Shown: positions 49,538 to 58,647 of the stretch, piece by piece
How the letters are laid out: every line of letters starts with the position of its first letter
Numbering within the stretch: the stretch's first letter is position 1
Source: Candidatus Bathyarchaeota archaeon
Lineage (GTDB): Archaea; Thermoproteota; Bathyarchaeia; 40CM-2-53-6
Direction of reading: 5' to 3'
Length of the DNA stretch: 64,000 bases
Assembly (NCBI GenBank): GCA_963726255.1
Contig: CAVSBL010000002.1
Span: forward strand, 1,792,001-1,856,000
The notes under the pieces: model-generated
Databases searched by the model: none
What the model was told of the DNA's origin: nothing
What the model saw: the letters and a program-made list of their open reading frames with translations, nothing else
Translations under genes and position numbers: made by a program

Positions 49538-49942
49538 CTAGAGTTCCGTGACGATCTCTTTAACAAATTCGAAGTGAGGAATGGTTTTCTCTTCTGCCAA
49601 CGCGATCAGCCCCTCTCGGATTTTCCTCGAACGCTTACTATACTTGGGGAGCAAGGTTGTGAGATAGACTAAGCCAACTGCTAGAATTGATCCTGCAATC
49701 AACAGGATCAAATATGAACGGGTTTCGAGGCTGTTACTCAAAACTCCCTGAATTATTATGCCAAGGGCCACTCCTAACAGTACAGCGAGAACCCCCAAGA
49801 GCCTATTCAACGTCTCAGAGCGAGACTGAACACAAATCTGCAGAACATCAAGCTGCCATCGTCGCTCTTCCAAGTCAGAGTCCAAGTTTCTACCCGAACG
49901 TATTTTGCCTTTTGGGCGTATTTGGTTTCTGTTAAGTCTCAC
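49538..49942 (-). CDS. Hypothetical two-TM membrane protein
   Basis: 134-aa ORF with two hydrophobic helices; no family recognised. Confidence 0.55.
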   Translation of the reverse strand: MRLNRNQIRPKGKIRSGRNLDSDLEERRWQLDVLQICVQSRSETLNRLLGVLAVLLGVALGIIIQGVLSNSLETRSYLILLIAGSILAVGLVYLTTLLPKYSKRSRKIREGLIALAEEKTIPHFEFVKEIVTEL

Positions 49943-50282
49943 AGTGGTGTGGTGGTGGGTCAGCTGGTGCTCCCATCAGATCTAATTCTTCCTGTAACGG
50001 TTTTCGCCAAGTTGCTGCCACAAGTGCCACTATGAGTATGAGGAAGAGTACGCCAGCCACAGAAACCAGGTTCTGCTTGATCGGATTTGTTTCCGTCCAG
50101 CTTGTGCTCACGTAGGGCACACAATATTCCGGGCATTCAGGGTCTTGTTCAGTTATGAGAACGGCGACGGGCTGAGACGGTGCAATTACCACCGCTAACG
50201 CTATTATTCCCTCGGCCAGCAGGAGGATTGTGATTACCTTCCACTTTCTCGCAGTCATTTGCCTCTGGGAGCGCCGTTCCAT
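49932..50282 (-). CDS. Hypothetical two-TM membrane protein
   Basis: 116-aa ORF with two hydrophobic helices flanking a CPEYC loop. Confidence 0.55.
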   Translation of the reverse strand: MERRSQRQMTARKWKVITILLLAEGIIALAVVIAPSQPVAVLITEQDPECPEYCVPYVSTSWTETNPIKQNLVSVAGVLFLILIVALVAATWRKPLQEELDLMGAPADPPPHHCET

Positions 50283-50454
50283 GTTATACGCTGTTGGTTA
50301 TTTCCGTACTTTAACTGAGTGGGTATTCGATTTCGCCCGCTGCTCTAAGGCCGTAATCAATAGCGCATAGTTGGGTCACAGCGCAGGTCTCTCGCCCAGT
50401 CCGGTGCGGAGCTGATCTCTTTCTTCTTCGTCGTCGTTCCTCGTTACTAAGAAT

Positions 50455-50497
50455 GTGCGTGTGAGTCTGGTGGTGCGAGGGACTGAATTTGAATCGT
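50455..50497 (-). repeat. tRNA-3'-end-like/repeat hybrid; direct repeat of 48763-48796
   Basis: 50464-50497 matches 48763-48796 at 33 of 34 positions; the minus strand continues ...CGCACCACCAGACTCACACGCAC. Confidence 0.8.
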
Positions 50498-50582
50498 ATC
50501 ATTGGCTTGGGTTCGCGTGGGCTTGCGAATGAAGGTTTAATTGCTTGTGCAGGCGTCCACCGCATACGGGAAGGCTATTACT

Positions 50583-50762
50583 TTGTCTAGTGCGCGTGAA
50601 AAGCGGCGTAAACGTGAAGCGCCTATGCCTGCGGCAAGTGCAGGTTTGCTCCGGTTCTTCGAGGAGGATACGCCGGGGATTAAGGTTCCGCCGGAAGTTG
50701 TGGTAATGTTCTCCATAGGCCTCGTCGCGGTAAGCCTCTTCATGTACTTGACATTCAAGTAG
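50583..50762 (+). CDS. Preprotein translocase subunit Sec61beta
   Basis: 'PAASAGLLRFFEEDT.GIKV.P' followed by a C-terminal TM helix. Confidence 0.9.
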   Translation: MSSAREKRRKREAPMPAASAGLLRFFEEDTPGIKVPPEVVVMFSIGLVAVSLFMYLTFK

Positions 50763-51777
50763 CGACTTCTCTGAAGTCCAAGAGTTTCGTCTGGGCTACG
50801 ACTGGAAGCGCACTCGCCCTAATGCCCAGCCTACGTTCTATCATTGTCGGCAGCACGTCCGTATAACCGGTGAAAACGTACACTTTCTTCGGGTTTACGC
50901 TGCTCACAAACTGGATCAACTGCTCGTAGTCCGCATGGCTGCTCAATGGGAAGGCGGCGTATCGGCGGAAAGCCATCCGCAACGCCCAACCAGTCGCTAC
51001 GGCGCGCGAAGCATTACGCGGCATTCGCTCCGAGCTGGTGGTCACGAAAATGCAGCCGCCCGCTTTCAACGCGTGCTTACCGTCCGCAGTGGAGGAGTCT
51101 AAGTAATCGAGTGGGAGGCCGTTCTGGTCATGGGCACTGTTGGCGCGGGCTATGCCGACACTGCAGACGACGGGAACCTTCGTGTACACGTTGAACAAGC
51201 GAACTAGGTCTTGTGGTTTTCCGGAAGAGTAGACTTGGAAGGTTGGAACTTTTCCTTCCTTCAGTTCAGTCGTGGTCCATCTAATGATGTCAGCGTAGAT
51301 TGTGCTCCGTTTCGGAAAAACGTACGACGGATGCCCATATGTTGCTTCAATAACTAAGTAATCGCATGACTTAGCCTCAGCCGCGCGCGTTGTCAACGTA
51401 TCCACACAATTAATGTCCCCCGTGTAAACGGCCGTGAACTCAGGAGTGATGACTTCGAATTGGCAGGAACCTAACATATGGCCGGCGTCAAGGGCTCTGA
51501 CTTCAACACCATCGAAGTGAATTGAGTCGCCAATTTTCAAGGTATGTGCGTTCTTAACTTGGCGGTTTTGAAGCGATTCGAAAATTCGAAGCGTCTCAGG
51601 CGTAGAATGCTTCTTGGCGGGTGTGGTGAAGCCGTACGTGTGGTCAGAGTGCGCGTGGGTTACGAACACGTCCCAACCGTCGCCTAACGGCCTGCCGCTC
51701 GTAGGGTCGAAAATCAAACGTGAGGGTCCAGTATTGAAGGATATTCCGTTGGCCCACCCGATTCTTTCCTGCCGCAA
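50755..51777 (-). CDS. Metallo-beta-lactamase fold (beta-CASP-like) nuclease
   Basis: THAHSDH, 'AGHMLGS', 'YTGD', 'EATYG', 'LSSHADY'. Confidence 0.88.
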   Translation of the reverse strand: MRQERIGWANGISFNTGPSRLIFDPTSGRPLGDGWDVFVTHAHSDHTYGFTTPAKKHSTPETLRIFESLQNRQVKNAHTLKIGDSIHFDGVEVRALDAGHMLGSCQFEVITPEFTAVYTGDINCVDTLTTRAAEAKSCDYLVIEATYGHPSYVFPKRSTIYADIIRWTTTELKEGKVPTFQVYSSGKPQDLVRLFNVYTKVPVVCSVGIARANSAHDQNGLPLDYLDSSTADGKHALKAGGCIFVTTSSERMPRNASRAVATGWALRMAFRRYAAFPLSSHADYEQLIQFVSSVNPKKVYVFTGYTDVLPTMIERRLGIRASALPVVAQTKLLDFREVAT

Positions 51778-52047
51778 GGACAGCTTCGCTCTTGACTCAA
51801 CGCTTCAACGCTACGCCAACTTCTGGGCGATACGGCTTCTTCCCCGAATGTGTCTATTAGCGCTTTGTCCGCTCTCTTCAAATCTTAGCCGATGATTCGC
51901 GCGTTCCTTCGTGGAGCCGTCTCATCACATGACAATGGATGTGACCTAAAGCTTGGACAGGTGGGTGAAGACGCATCTTGAGAATGCACTCTATGCATCG
52001 GTCGGCTATGCGATGATTTGAATGCACCAACGCCGGGCGTTCTTTTC

Positions 52048-53604
52048 TCATTTCGTTAGCGTTCTCTTCCTCAGGTAGGCTCGCCAGGTCATGGCTAACT
52101 TCGCAGGGTCTTCTAGGTTGGCGTCGGGTATTCTAGCGATCGAGGAATTGTGAGGGGCGGTCTTCACTAGTTCTGGATTTGAGTACGCTTCCTTGGAGAT
52201 TTCGGCTAATACTGCAACCCAATAGTCAATGTCCGCCTTCGAATATGTCTCGCAGGGTTCCGGAGTGAAGGGTTCAGGCACGACCCAGGGATGGTGGCTA
52301 AGCCAATAGGATTGGACGCCATAGTCTACGACCCTACGTATGACGTCTTGGGCTCCAACTCCCGTTTCTTCGCGTAGCTTCTCTAGGCTGTACCTGATTT
52401 GGTCGAGGCGCCTATTCGTTTTGTATGGTTTGGTTACGCCTGTAACTGTGAGTAGTTTCTTCTCAAGGTAGTTGTTATTTATCATGGAGATTTCTGCCAC
52501 TTCCCTTAATCCGTCTGCCCCCATGCTCATTGCCCAAGCGTAAGCCCTCAACACGATCTGGACATTGCCATAGAAGTCGCGGACTTTGCCGATGCTGTGG
52601 GGCCTATCATAATCAAGGTGGTACCTATCTCCATCGAAGGTTACCACAGGAACTGGAAGGAATTTTGCTAATTCCTGTTTGACACCAACGGCTCCGCATG
52701 CGGGCCCGTAAGACCCGTGCGGCGATGAGAATGTTTTGTGAAGGTTGAAGAAGCACATGTCGAACCCGGACTCTTTAGCCCTTGAGACGCCCAACAGAGC
52801 GTTTGCGTTTGCTTGGTCGTACGCGCACAGACCGCCTGCCTCGTGCACCATCTTGGTCCACTCGTCAATCTCGGGGTTGAAGATCCCTGTGTCCTCAGGG
52901 TTTGTGGTCATCAGCCCAGCTGTATGCTTGGAAACTGCAGCCTTCAGCGACTCCGTATTCGGAAACCCGGTTTCCCCATCGGGGTAGAGTGTTATGACCT
53001 TGAACCCCGCGGTTGCTGCGGTCGCGGCGCTGCTGGGGTGAGAGAAGATAGTCGTGATTATTTCGTCCCGCTGTCCAAGTTCACCATTCAACTCGTGGAA
53101 TTTTCTAATTATGCATGCGTTGGTATAGGCAGCTTCGTTGCCGCCTCCAGCATGGAAGACAAACTCGTCCAACCCGGAGATTTCTCTCAGGAAGACATAC
53201 CCAAACTCGTAAACGATCTTCAAAACGCCCTGAATCGTTTCTTCATCCTGAAGCGGATGGATTTCGGCAAGTTCTTTCACTAGATCTTCGTTGACCTTGG
53301 GGCTGTATTTCATCGTGCACGTTCCTTCTCCTAAGTCGATGTTGAAATCCATTCCAAGCGTCTGCTGGGAAAGGCGCAGGTAGTGTCTCAGAACGTGGGG
53401 CTGGGAGAGTTCAGGTAGGCTAGGCGGCTGTTTCCTTCGCATGGTGGTTGGAACAAACGCCATGGCATCGCCGACCGCGGCCCTAACCTCTTCTTCAACT
53501 TCTGGGATGCGGATCCCTCTTTCCCCTTTGCGTCCCATCGACATTATGACGGGTTCGCTCCATACTGGTGCGTGGTATCTTCTCGGGGATTCCTGAGCTT
53601 TCAT
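52048..53604 (-). CDS. gcvPB: Glycine cleavage P protein subunit 2-like
   Basis: 'LPELS....LRHY.RLSQ', 'GTCTMKYSPK', 'TNPE..G.F', 'DQANAN', PLP lysine 'NLHKTF..PHG'. Confidence 0.88.
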   Translation of the reverse strand: MKAQESPRRYHAPVWSEPVIMSMGRKGERGIRIPEVEEEVRAAVGDAMAFVPTTMRRKQPPSLPELSQPHVLRHYLRLSQQTLGMDFNIDLGEGTCTMKYSPKVNEDLVKELAEIHPLQDEETIQGVLKIVYEFGYVFLREISGLDEFVFHAGGGNEAAYTNACIIRKFHELNGELGQRDEIITTIFSHPSSAATAATAGFKVITLYPDGETGFPNTESLKAAVSKHTAGLMTTNPEDTGIFNPEIDEWTKMVHEAGGLCAYDQANANALLGVSRAKESGFDMCFFNLHKTFSSPHGSYGPACGAVGVKQELAKFLPVPVVTFDGDRYHLDYDRPHSIGKVRDFYGNVQIVLRAYAWAMSMGADGLREVAEISMINNNYLEKKLLTVTGVTKPYKTNRRLDQIRYSLEKLREETGVGAQDVIRRVVDYGVQSYWLSHHPWVVPEPFTPEPCETYSKADIDYWVAVLAEISKEAYSNPELVKTAPHNSSIARIPDANLEDPAKLAMTWRAYLRKRTLTK

Positions 53605-55010
53605 TTTGATACCTCCTTCAACGCGTCGACAAGTCTCAGTATGTCGTCTTTTGTATGGGTCTCAGTGACGCAGTACAAGCTGCTGTTTCCGAGTTCTGGA
53701 AATTCCCGGAAGATGTCTTTTCCTCCGAAGATTCCTCGTTTCAACAATTGTCTGTTTACTTCAGAAACGCGCGTTTTGCTGTCGAATGTTACCACGAATT
53801 CCTTGAAGAAGGTTTGAAATGGGATCTTGACGCCCTTTACTTCAGCCAACTTTCGGGCCGCGTAATGCGATTTCCGCAATATCGTCTCTCCGAGTTCCTT
53901 CATACCCGCGGGACCCATGAGCGCCAGGTAGACTGCGCTAACTATCGTCCACAGCCCAGCGGCCGTTCCAACCCAGTCTTTCGCTTTATCTCTACCAATG
54001 TACGAGGTTCTCTCGGCCATGCAATAGGCGAATGCGCATTCGCCTCGTACGGTTTCAGTAATGGTGACTAGGTGTGAGGGATGTTCGCCAACGAACTTCT
54101 TTTCGTCGGGGCAGGCTAGAAAACCTGCAAGGCTACCGCCACAAAACATGTGGTTGCCGAGGGGTTGAATCTCACCGCAGACAATATCCGCGCCATAATC
54201 CGAGGGAGGCGAAAGCACACCCAAGGAAATGGGGTCTACGCCAACTATACATTCGGCACCGCTTTCATGGGCAGTCTTCGAGATTTCCTGGCCGTTGGCT
54301 TCGATAACCCCGAGGTATGACGGGTTCTCGAAGTAAACGCCCGCTGTCTTAGACGAAATTTCTCTCCTGAGGTGGTTGAGGTCGAGCATGCCGGTCTTGG
54401 GATCGTTGCTGATTGTTTTGACGTCGATGTGGTTTGGCATTGCTGCCGGGCCGCAAAAGTTGCGTATTATTGCGAATCGGTCTGGGCTTATGGTGCGTGA
54501 GACGAGAACCTCTCTTCTGCCCGTTATCCTTGACGCCATTCTAATCGCGTTTCCGGCTGAGGCGCCCCAATCGTATGTGGGAAGGCCGACTACATCCATT
54601 CCCACCAGTTCCCCAATCATACTCTGAAACTCGAAGAATGCTTGATGCTTGCCTAAGTCTGAGTATTCGTCGCCGCCATAGGCGGTCAGAAATTCCGCTC
54701 TTCGAGCAATCTCATCGCAGACGGCTGGCACATAATGCTTCCAGCAACCTGCCCCAAGAAAACTCAGGTTCTTGTTGCAATCGATGTTTCTCGATAAGAT
54801 TTGTTCCACATGCCGTCTTAGGTCGGCTTCTGCGGCGAGGGGCTTCGGGAGGTTCATTCGGTGTTTGAGCCTTAGCCTGTCGGGAATTATTTGAGCGTAG
54901 AGTGCCTCACTGTTCTCCACCCCGATTTCTTTGAGCATCTCCTGCTTTACTTCAGAAACGGAGTTGGGCATGTACGGATGGGCGCTGTGTTCGGTCAGTC
55001 TGAACACCAA
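53601..55010 (-). CDS. gcvPA: Glycine cleavage P protein subunit 1-like
   Basis: 'HPYMPN', 'FLGAG.W.HYVP', 'R.EFLTAY', 'FEFQS', 'GADIVCGE.QPLG', 'CVTE'. Confidence 0.88.
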   Translation of the reverse strand: MVFRLTEHSAHPYMPNSVSEVKQEMLKEIGVENSEALYAQIIPDRLRLKHRMNLPKPLAAEADLRRHVEQILSRNIDCNKNLSFLGAGCWKHYVPAVCDEIARRAEFLTAYGGDEYSDLGKHQAFFEFQSMIGELVGMDVVGLPTYDWGASAGNAIRMASRITGRREVLVSRTISPDRFAIIRNFCGPAAMPNHIDVKTISNDPKTGMLDLNHLRREISSKTAGVYFENPSYLGVIEANGQEISKTAHESGAECIVGVDPISLGVLSPPSDYGADIVCGEIQPLGNHMFCGGSLAGFLACPDEKKFVGEHPSHLVTITETVRGECAFAYCMAERTSYIGRDKAKDWVGTAAGLWTIVSAVYLALMGPAGMKELGETILRKSHYAARKLAEVKGVKIPFQTFFKEFVVTFDSKTRVSEVNRQLLKRGIFGGKDIFREFPELGNSSLYCVTETHTKDDILRLVDALKEVSK

Positions 55011-55033
55011 GTGTTGAAGGCGGTGGATTCCTC

Positions 55034-56182
55034 TTAACTGTCGCGCACATATGGTTCTGACGGGTTTGATATCCTATATATTACGCTGCGGCCGTAGCCA
55101 GTTAGAATTCTGGTGTAGCCGCTCAGTTCGGCGTCGAGCTCGGGATCACCTGTATCGACCAGTAGAGGTGCGCCTTTCAGGGAGGCAAGCTTGTTTGGTG
55201 TGGCGACGATGATTATGTTCTCCTTGCCGACGCGCCTGATGATTTGAGGGCTGATTTGCTGGTTGCCCCGACCGAAAATGAACCCCTGCCCACCAATGAC
55301 CGTGACAATTATCTTCGCTTTTCTTCTCTCTTCCAACAGTTCCAAGAGTTTGGCTTCATTCGCGTCCGAAGCAGCCAGCTTTCGGTTTAGGACTGCGTCG
55401 ACGCCGAGGAGAGTTTTCTTCAACCCAAGCTTGTCCATGATGGGTTTCGTCGTTGTCCCCGGCCCGAGGACGTAGAGGCAATCTTGTTGCATGTTCTCTA
55501 CAATGTCGGTTGCGATATCAATTAGCGAAGAATCCTCCGTGGTGGGGCTGCTCCCCTTTGCACTCTGAACGAGCGCCCTATCAAAGGGGACCTTCATGTA
55601 TCCGTAAAGCTTCGCTGAAACCCGGTTCTCCCTGAAGGCTGCTTCGTCTATGTCCATGACCTCCATATCCCGGAGTTGCATTGGTTGGCGCAACAGAAAG
55701 TTAGCGGCCAAATCGCCTGCGCTTCTCGGGTTCACCGCGAACACAGCGGAATGAATCTTGACTCCCGCAGGGATCCCTATCACAGGAACCTTGAGGTGAA
55801 CTACATCGCAAAGGTCCCTTGCAGTTCCATCGCCGCCGGCGAAGAGGATTAGGTCAACCTTTAGGCCCAGCATTTCGCGAGCTGCGCTCTTTGTATCGTC
55901 TGAACTTGTTTTCCCTTTGGCTATCGAACCTATCACACGTGGGTTGAATCCGGTGACCCTCGCTTCGTCTTCTCCCATCTCGGCGGGATACGTAACCAAT
56001 TCCAAAGAATCCCTGATCCTGAGGATTCTCTGAAGCGCTTCAATCGATCTAGTCGGAGATGTTGGGGTCGCTCCAAGCTCTATTGCCTTCTGAAGGACAG
56101 TTAGGCCGTCGCTTCCTTTCAGCCCCACTTTGCCCCCCATTCCCGCGATCGGGTTCACGATAAAACCTAGAAGCTTTTTCAT
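55034..56182 (-). CDS. ATP-NAD kinase/AcoX family protein
   Basis: 'VNPIAGMGG.VGLKGSDG', GGDGTARD, 'GIPAGVKIHS', 'GGQGFIFGRGNQQ', 'DTGD'. Confidence 0.9.
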   Translation of the reverse strand: MKKLLGFIVNPIAGMGGKVGLKGSDGLTVLQKAIELGATPTSPTRSIEALQRILRIRDSLELVTYPAEMGEDEARVTGFNPRVIGSIAKGKTSSDDTKSAAREMLGLKVDLILFAGGDGTARDLCDVVHLKVPVIGIPAGVKIHSAVFAVNPRSAGDLAANFLLRQPMQLRDMEVMDIDEAAFRENRVSAKLYGYMKVPFDRALVQSAKGSSPTTEDSSLIDIATDIVENMQQDCLYVLGPGTTTKPIMDKLGLKKTLLGVDAVLNRKLAASDANEAKLLELLEERRKAKIIVTVIGGQGFIFGRGNQQISPQIIRRVGKENIIIVATPNKLASLKGAPLLVDTGDPELDAELSGYTRILTGYGRSVIYRISNPSEPYVRDS

Positions 56183-56538
56183 TGGCTGAACCTCGGAGCG
56201 TTGTCGCGGCTGCATTAGTATCCGCTCGCAGCGCCTACCTCTAATGAACGTAGTCTGCGTTTATCAGGCGTGACTCTCGCAAATTGATATGATAGTGCAG
56301 TTTTGCGAAGTGCTGTCACTTCGTTGCATGAACAGTAGACCGTAAACTGGCGTTGGAAAATCACGATTTGAGGTAAAAAGCCTTGAATACCATAAGACAT
56401 CTTGAATCGAAATCACCTAATCCTAATGAGTACGAGCATCCAAATTTGAAACGTCGTGAAGAGGCATTTTTCATGTGTGACTCCCCGGGGACTCATGGTC
56501 AAAACGGACCTAGTTCGGAAAAATCCTCGCGCGGGCAG

Positions 56539-57162
56539 ATGAGATTGCTGCCGAGGGAACACGGCGCAACCGCGATCTGGTTCTCCTCGGTGTTGCTCGC
56601 CTTTGGAATGCTCCGGGAGCCGCCATGGACCCCTGGTGCCGTTGTTTTCCTAGCAGCCTGCGTACTCGCGCTGGTCCTCATAGGACGGCTCACCAGCGGC
56701 TCTATAGTCGTCGTCCGCTTGGAGCGGAATCGAACTCTGCTCCCGGTTCTTTCTGGTCTCCTGACCTTGATCGTCCCGTTAGGGCAGATAATCATGGTCG
56801 GACAGCTCTCCCTTCCAGTCCTTGCCGCCTGGCTCATCTTCCTGACTTATTGTTCATCAGGAGTGGTGTACACGCGAGACTTGGTTCGTTCGGTGCTGAA
56901 GGAGGTGTCACCCACGTGGACCAGCTTCAATCTCTCCGTAGTCTTCATTGTTTCCGAGGTTGTCACACTAAACGCTGTCAACTGGCTTTCCATCGCCACC
57001 GTAGCCATCATTGTGCCGTTGACCGTTTACCGCGTCGTCGTTCTGTCGCTAATTCAACGAAAAAGTTCCTCTAAGATAGAACGTATTCGCGGAGTGGGCT
57101 TCGCGCAGACCGGGAACCTGATAGCCGCGACCATTATCCTCGCCTTGGTTTCGAAACTCTGA
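56539..57162 (+). CDS. YwiC-like membrane protein
   Basis: 'LPREHGA' N-terminal motif, multiple TM helices, 'R.VG..Q' near the C-terminus. Confidence 0.6.
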   Translation: MRLLPREHGATAIWFSSVLLAFGMLREPPWTPGAVVFLAACVLALVLIGRLTSGSIVVVRLERNRTLLPVLSGLLTLIVPLGQIIMVGQLSLPVLAAWLIFLTYCSSGVVYTRDLVRSVLKEVSPTWTSFNLSVVFIVSEVVTLNAVNWLSIATVAIIVPLTVYRVVVLSLIQRKSSSKIERIRGVGFAQTGNLIAATIILALVSKL

Positions 57163-57264
57163 AACAGCCCCTACGCCGACTCCCCTACGAAGCTCGCAAG
57201 AATAGGCTCAGCATGAGTGTGCTTGAGGTGAGCGTGTCCGGACCGTCGTCGGTTCGTTCTAAAA

Positions 57265-57291
57265 GTGTGTGTGCGCACCATTAGACCCACA
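57265..57291 (+). repeat. Palindromic repeat family copy
   Basis: GTGTGTGTGCGCACCATTAGACCCACA. Confidence 0.8.
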
Positions 57292-57338
57292 GTGAAAGTC
57301 ATAAACTATTTACGGAAAATAGGTGTAGAAAAATGGGG

Positions 57339-57366
57339 GTAACTGGGAGTGTATGTCCCAAGTTAC
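57339..57366 (-). terminator. Hairpin followed by a pyrimidine/T-rich tract (putative terminator)
   Basis: GTAACTGGGA...TCCCAAGTTAC stem; the minus strand continues CCCCATTTTTCT. Confidence 0.45.
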
Positions 57367-57374
57367 TTTCGGCT

Positions 57375-57536
57375 TTATGCCTTAACGTTAGGCTGGTACG
57401 CGAATAGTGTTTCGCTTCTCCAGATGCCATCGGTATGGCCTAGTTGTTCGACCGTAGATTTCATGAGTCGCTCATAGTTCTGAGCCTGGAAGTCTCTGGT
57501 TGATTGGTCTTCTCTCGGCCAAGGGACTCCTTGCAC
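57375..57536 (-). pseudogene. Possible remnant of an Lrp/AsnC ligand-binding-domain gene
   Basis: Hand translation ...FQAQNYERLMKSTVEQLGHTDGIWRSETLFAYQPNVKA* resembles an Lrp/AsnC C-terminus; N-terminal part not recognisable. Confidence 0.35.
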
Positions 57537-57600
57537 TTCTTAGCCAATCGATCTTAGGGACAACTGATGATGGGTCGTTGCGGGGACTAATCTCTGCCGT

Positions 57601-58179
57601 TTAGGGGTGACCGTACTTTACGGTTAGAAGTTCCCGTTTGGTGAGGCGTCGTTTCTTCACTTTCCCGGGCTTGGGTGAGACGATTGCGCTGTTGCCGAAG
57701 GGGTCCTTGAGTGTAAGCGTGAAGTGGGGCTTCTCCTTAGCCAGGCGAAATTGCTTGAGCATCTTCTCGCCCTTTGCGAGGCGTTTCCTTGTTGCCGTTG
57801 AGAGCATCATGGTCAACGCGTCTTGAATTCGGTCCAGGATGCCTTCAACGTTTGAAATGTAACCTTCACTATACGGGCCAGGCGTTATGGTCGCCCCGAA
57901 CTCTGGAATACTCACCGTCGCCGTCCCTGATTTTATGACGTGCATGTTCAAGTCTTCAACCGAACTAATTTTAGCGGTTAGGGCAATGGGTTCACGTTCC
58001 GTCAGCGTCATTACGTCCGTATGTCTGTAGCCGCATTTCTCGCAAGTGACTACGCTCATGAGGACGGAGCCAAAATGTTCTACCTCATATTCCGTCTGGG
58101 TGGTGAGCATGGATTCAGTGTCGCAGCTAGGGCACCGCAGGGTGGCGGTGCGTACGTCGATGGGAGCAGTCAAGGCCAA
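57601..58179 (-). CDS. ZPR1 zinc-finger domain protein
   Basis: CPSC...HFG...CEKCGYR..DV, 'IPE.G..I.PG..SEGYI.NVEGIL.R', 'DPFGNS'. Confidence 0.92.
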   Translation of the reverse strand: MALTAPIDVRTATLRCPSCDTESMLTTQTEYEVEHFGSVLMSVVTCEKCGYRHTDVMTLTEREPIALTAKISSVEDLNMHVIKSGTATVSIPEFGATITPGPYSEGYISNVEGILDRIQDALTMMLSTATRKRLAKGEKMLKQFRLAKEKPHFTLTLKDPFGNSAIVSPKPGKVKKRRLTKRELLTVKYGHP

Positions 58180-58316
58180 CTTTCTCCTCCGTACGTCTTG
58201 GTTGCATATGAAGATTGGACGGGGGCGAGATTAGCCAGAGTTTCACCCGAAAATTGGGCGCTTGACGTTTTATCTATTAAACTAGAGTAAATGACTGGGC
58301 TGAGGTTGAGCTGGGA

Positions 58317-58622
58317 ATGTCGAGCGCCGTCCGCCGGATCCTTTGGTGGGTGATTACGGGGAACCGGGGCGGAGCGAACCGTGCGCGAATCATACTCACA
58401 CTCAAGGCTCAGCCATTAAACGCGAATCAACTTGCCCAGACGTTAGGGATGGATTACAAGACCGTACGCCACCACCTCAGCATTCTTAGGCGGAACAGGC
58501 TCGTTCTTGAGGTTGGGCAAGGTTACGGTTCCATGTATTTTCTTTCGCCCGAACTGGAGCAGAATTATGAGGAGTTCGTTAAGATTCGGGAGAAAATTGG
58601 GCCAAAGCAGATAACGCCTTGA
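58317..58622 (+). CDS. ArsR-like wHTH regulator
   Basis: 'RGG.NRARII..L...P.NANQLA..L..DYKTVRHHL', 'YG..YF'. Confidence 0.88.
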   Translation: MSSAVRRILWWVITGNRGGANRARIILTLKAQPLNANQLAQTLGMDYKTVRHHLSILRRNRLVLEVGQGYGSMYFLSPELEQNYEEFVKIREKIGPKQITP

Positions 58623-58647
58623 ACATGGAAAGGAGGCGTGGCAGAGC

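Noticed and set aside
45854-50497. CRISPR array or classical integron attC array
   Set aside because: Spacing is gene-sized and irregular, orientation is mixed and copies are divergent; no RYYYAAC/GTTRRRY ends, no cas or intI gene.
57560-57610. C/D box sRNA suggested by TGATGA
   Set aside because: No properly placed CTGA D box or terminal stem.
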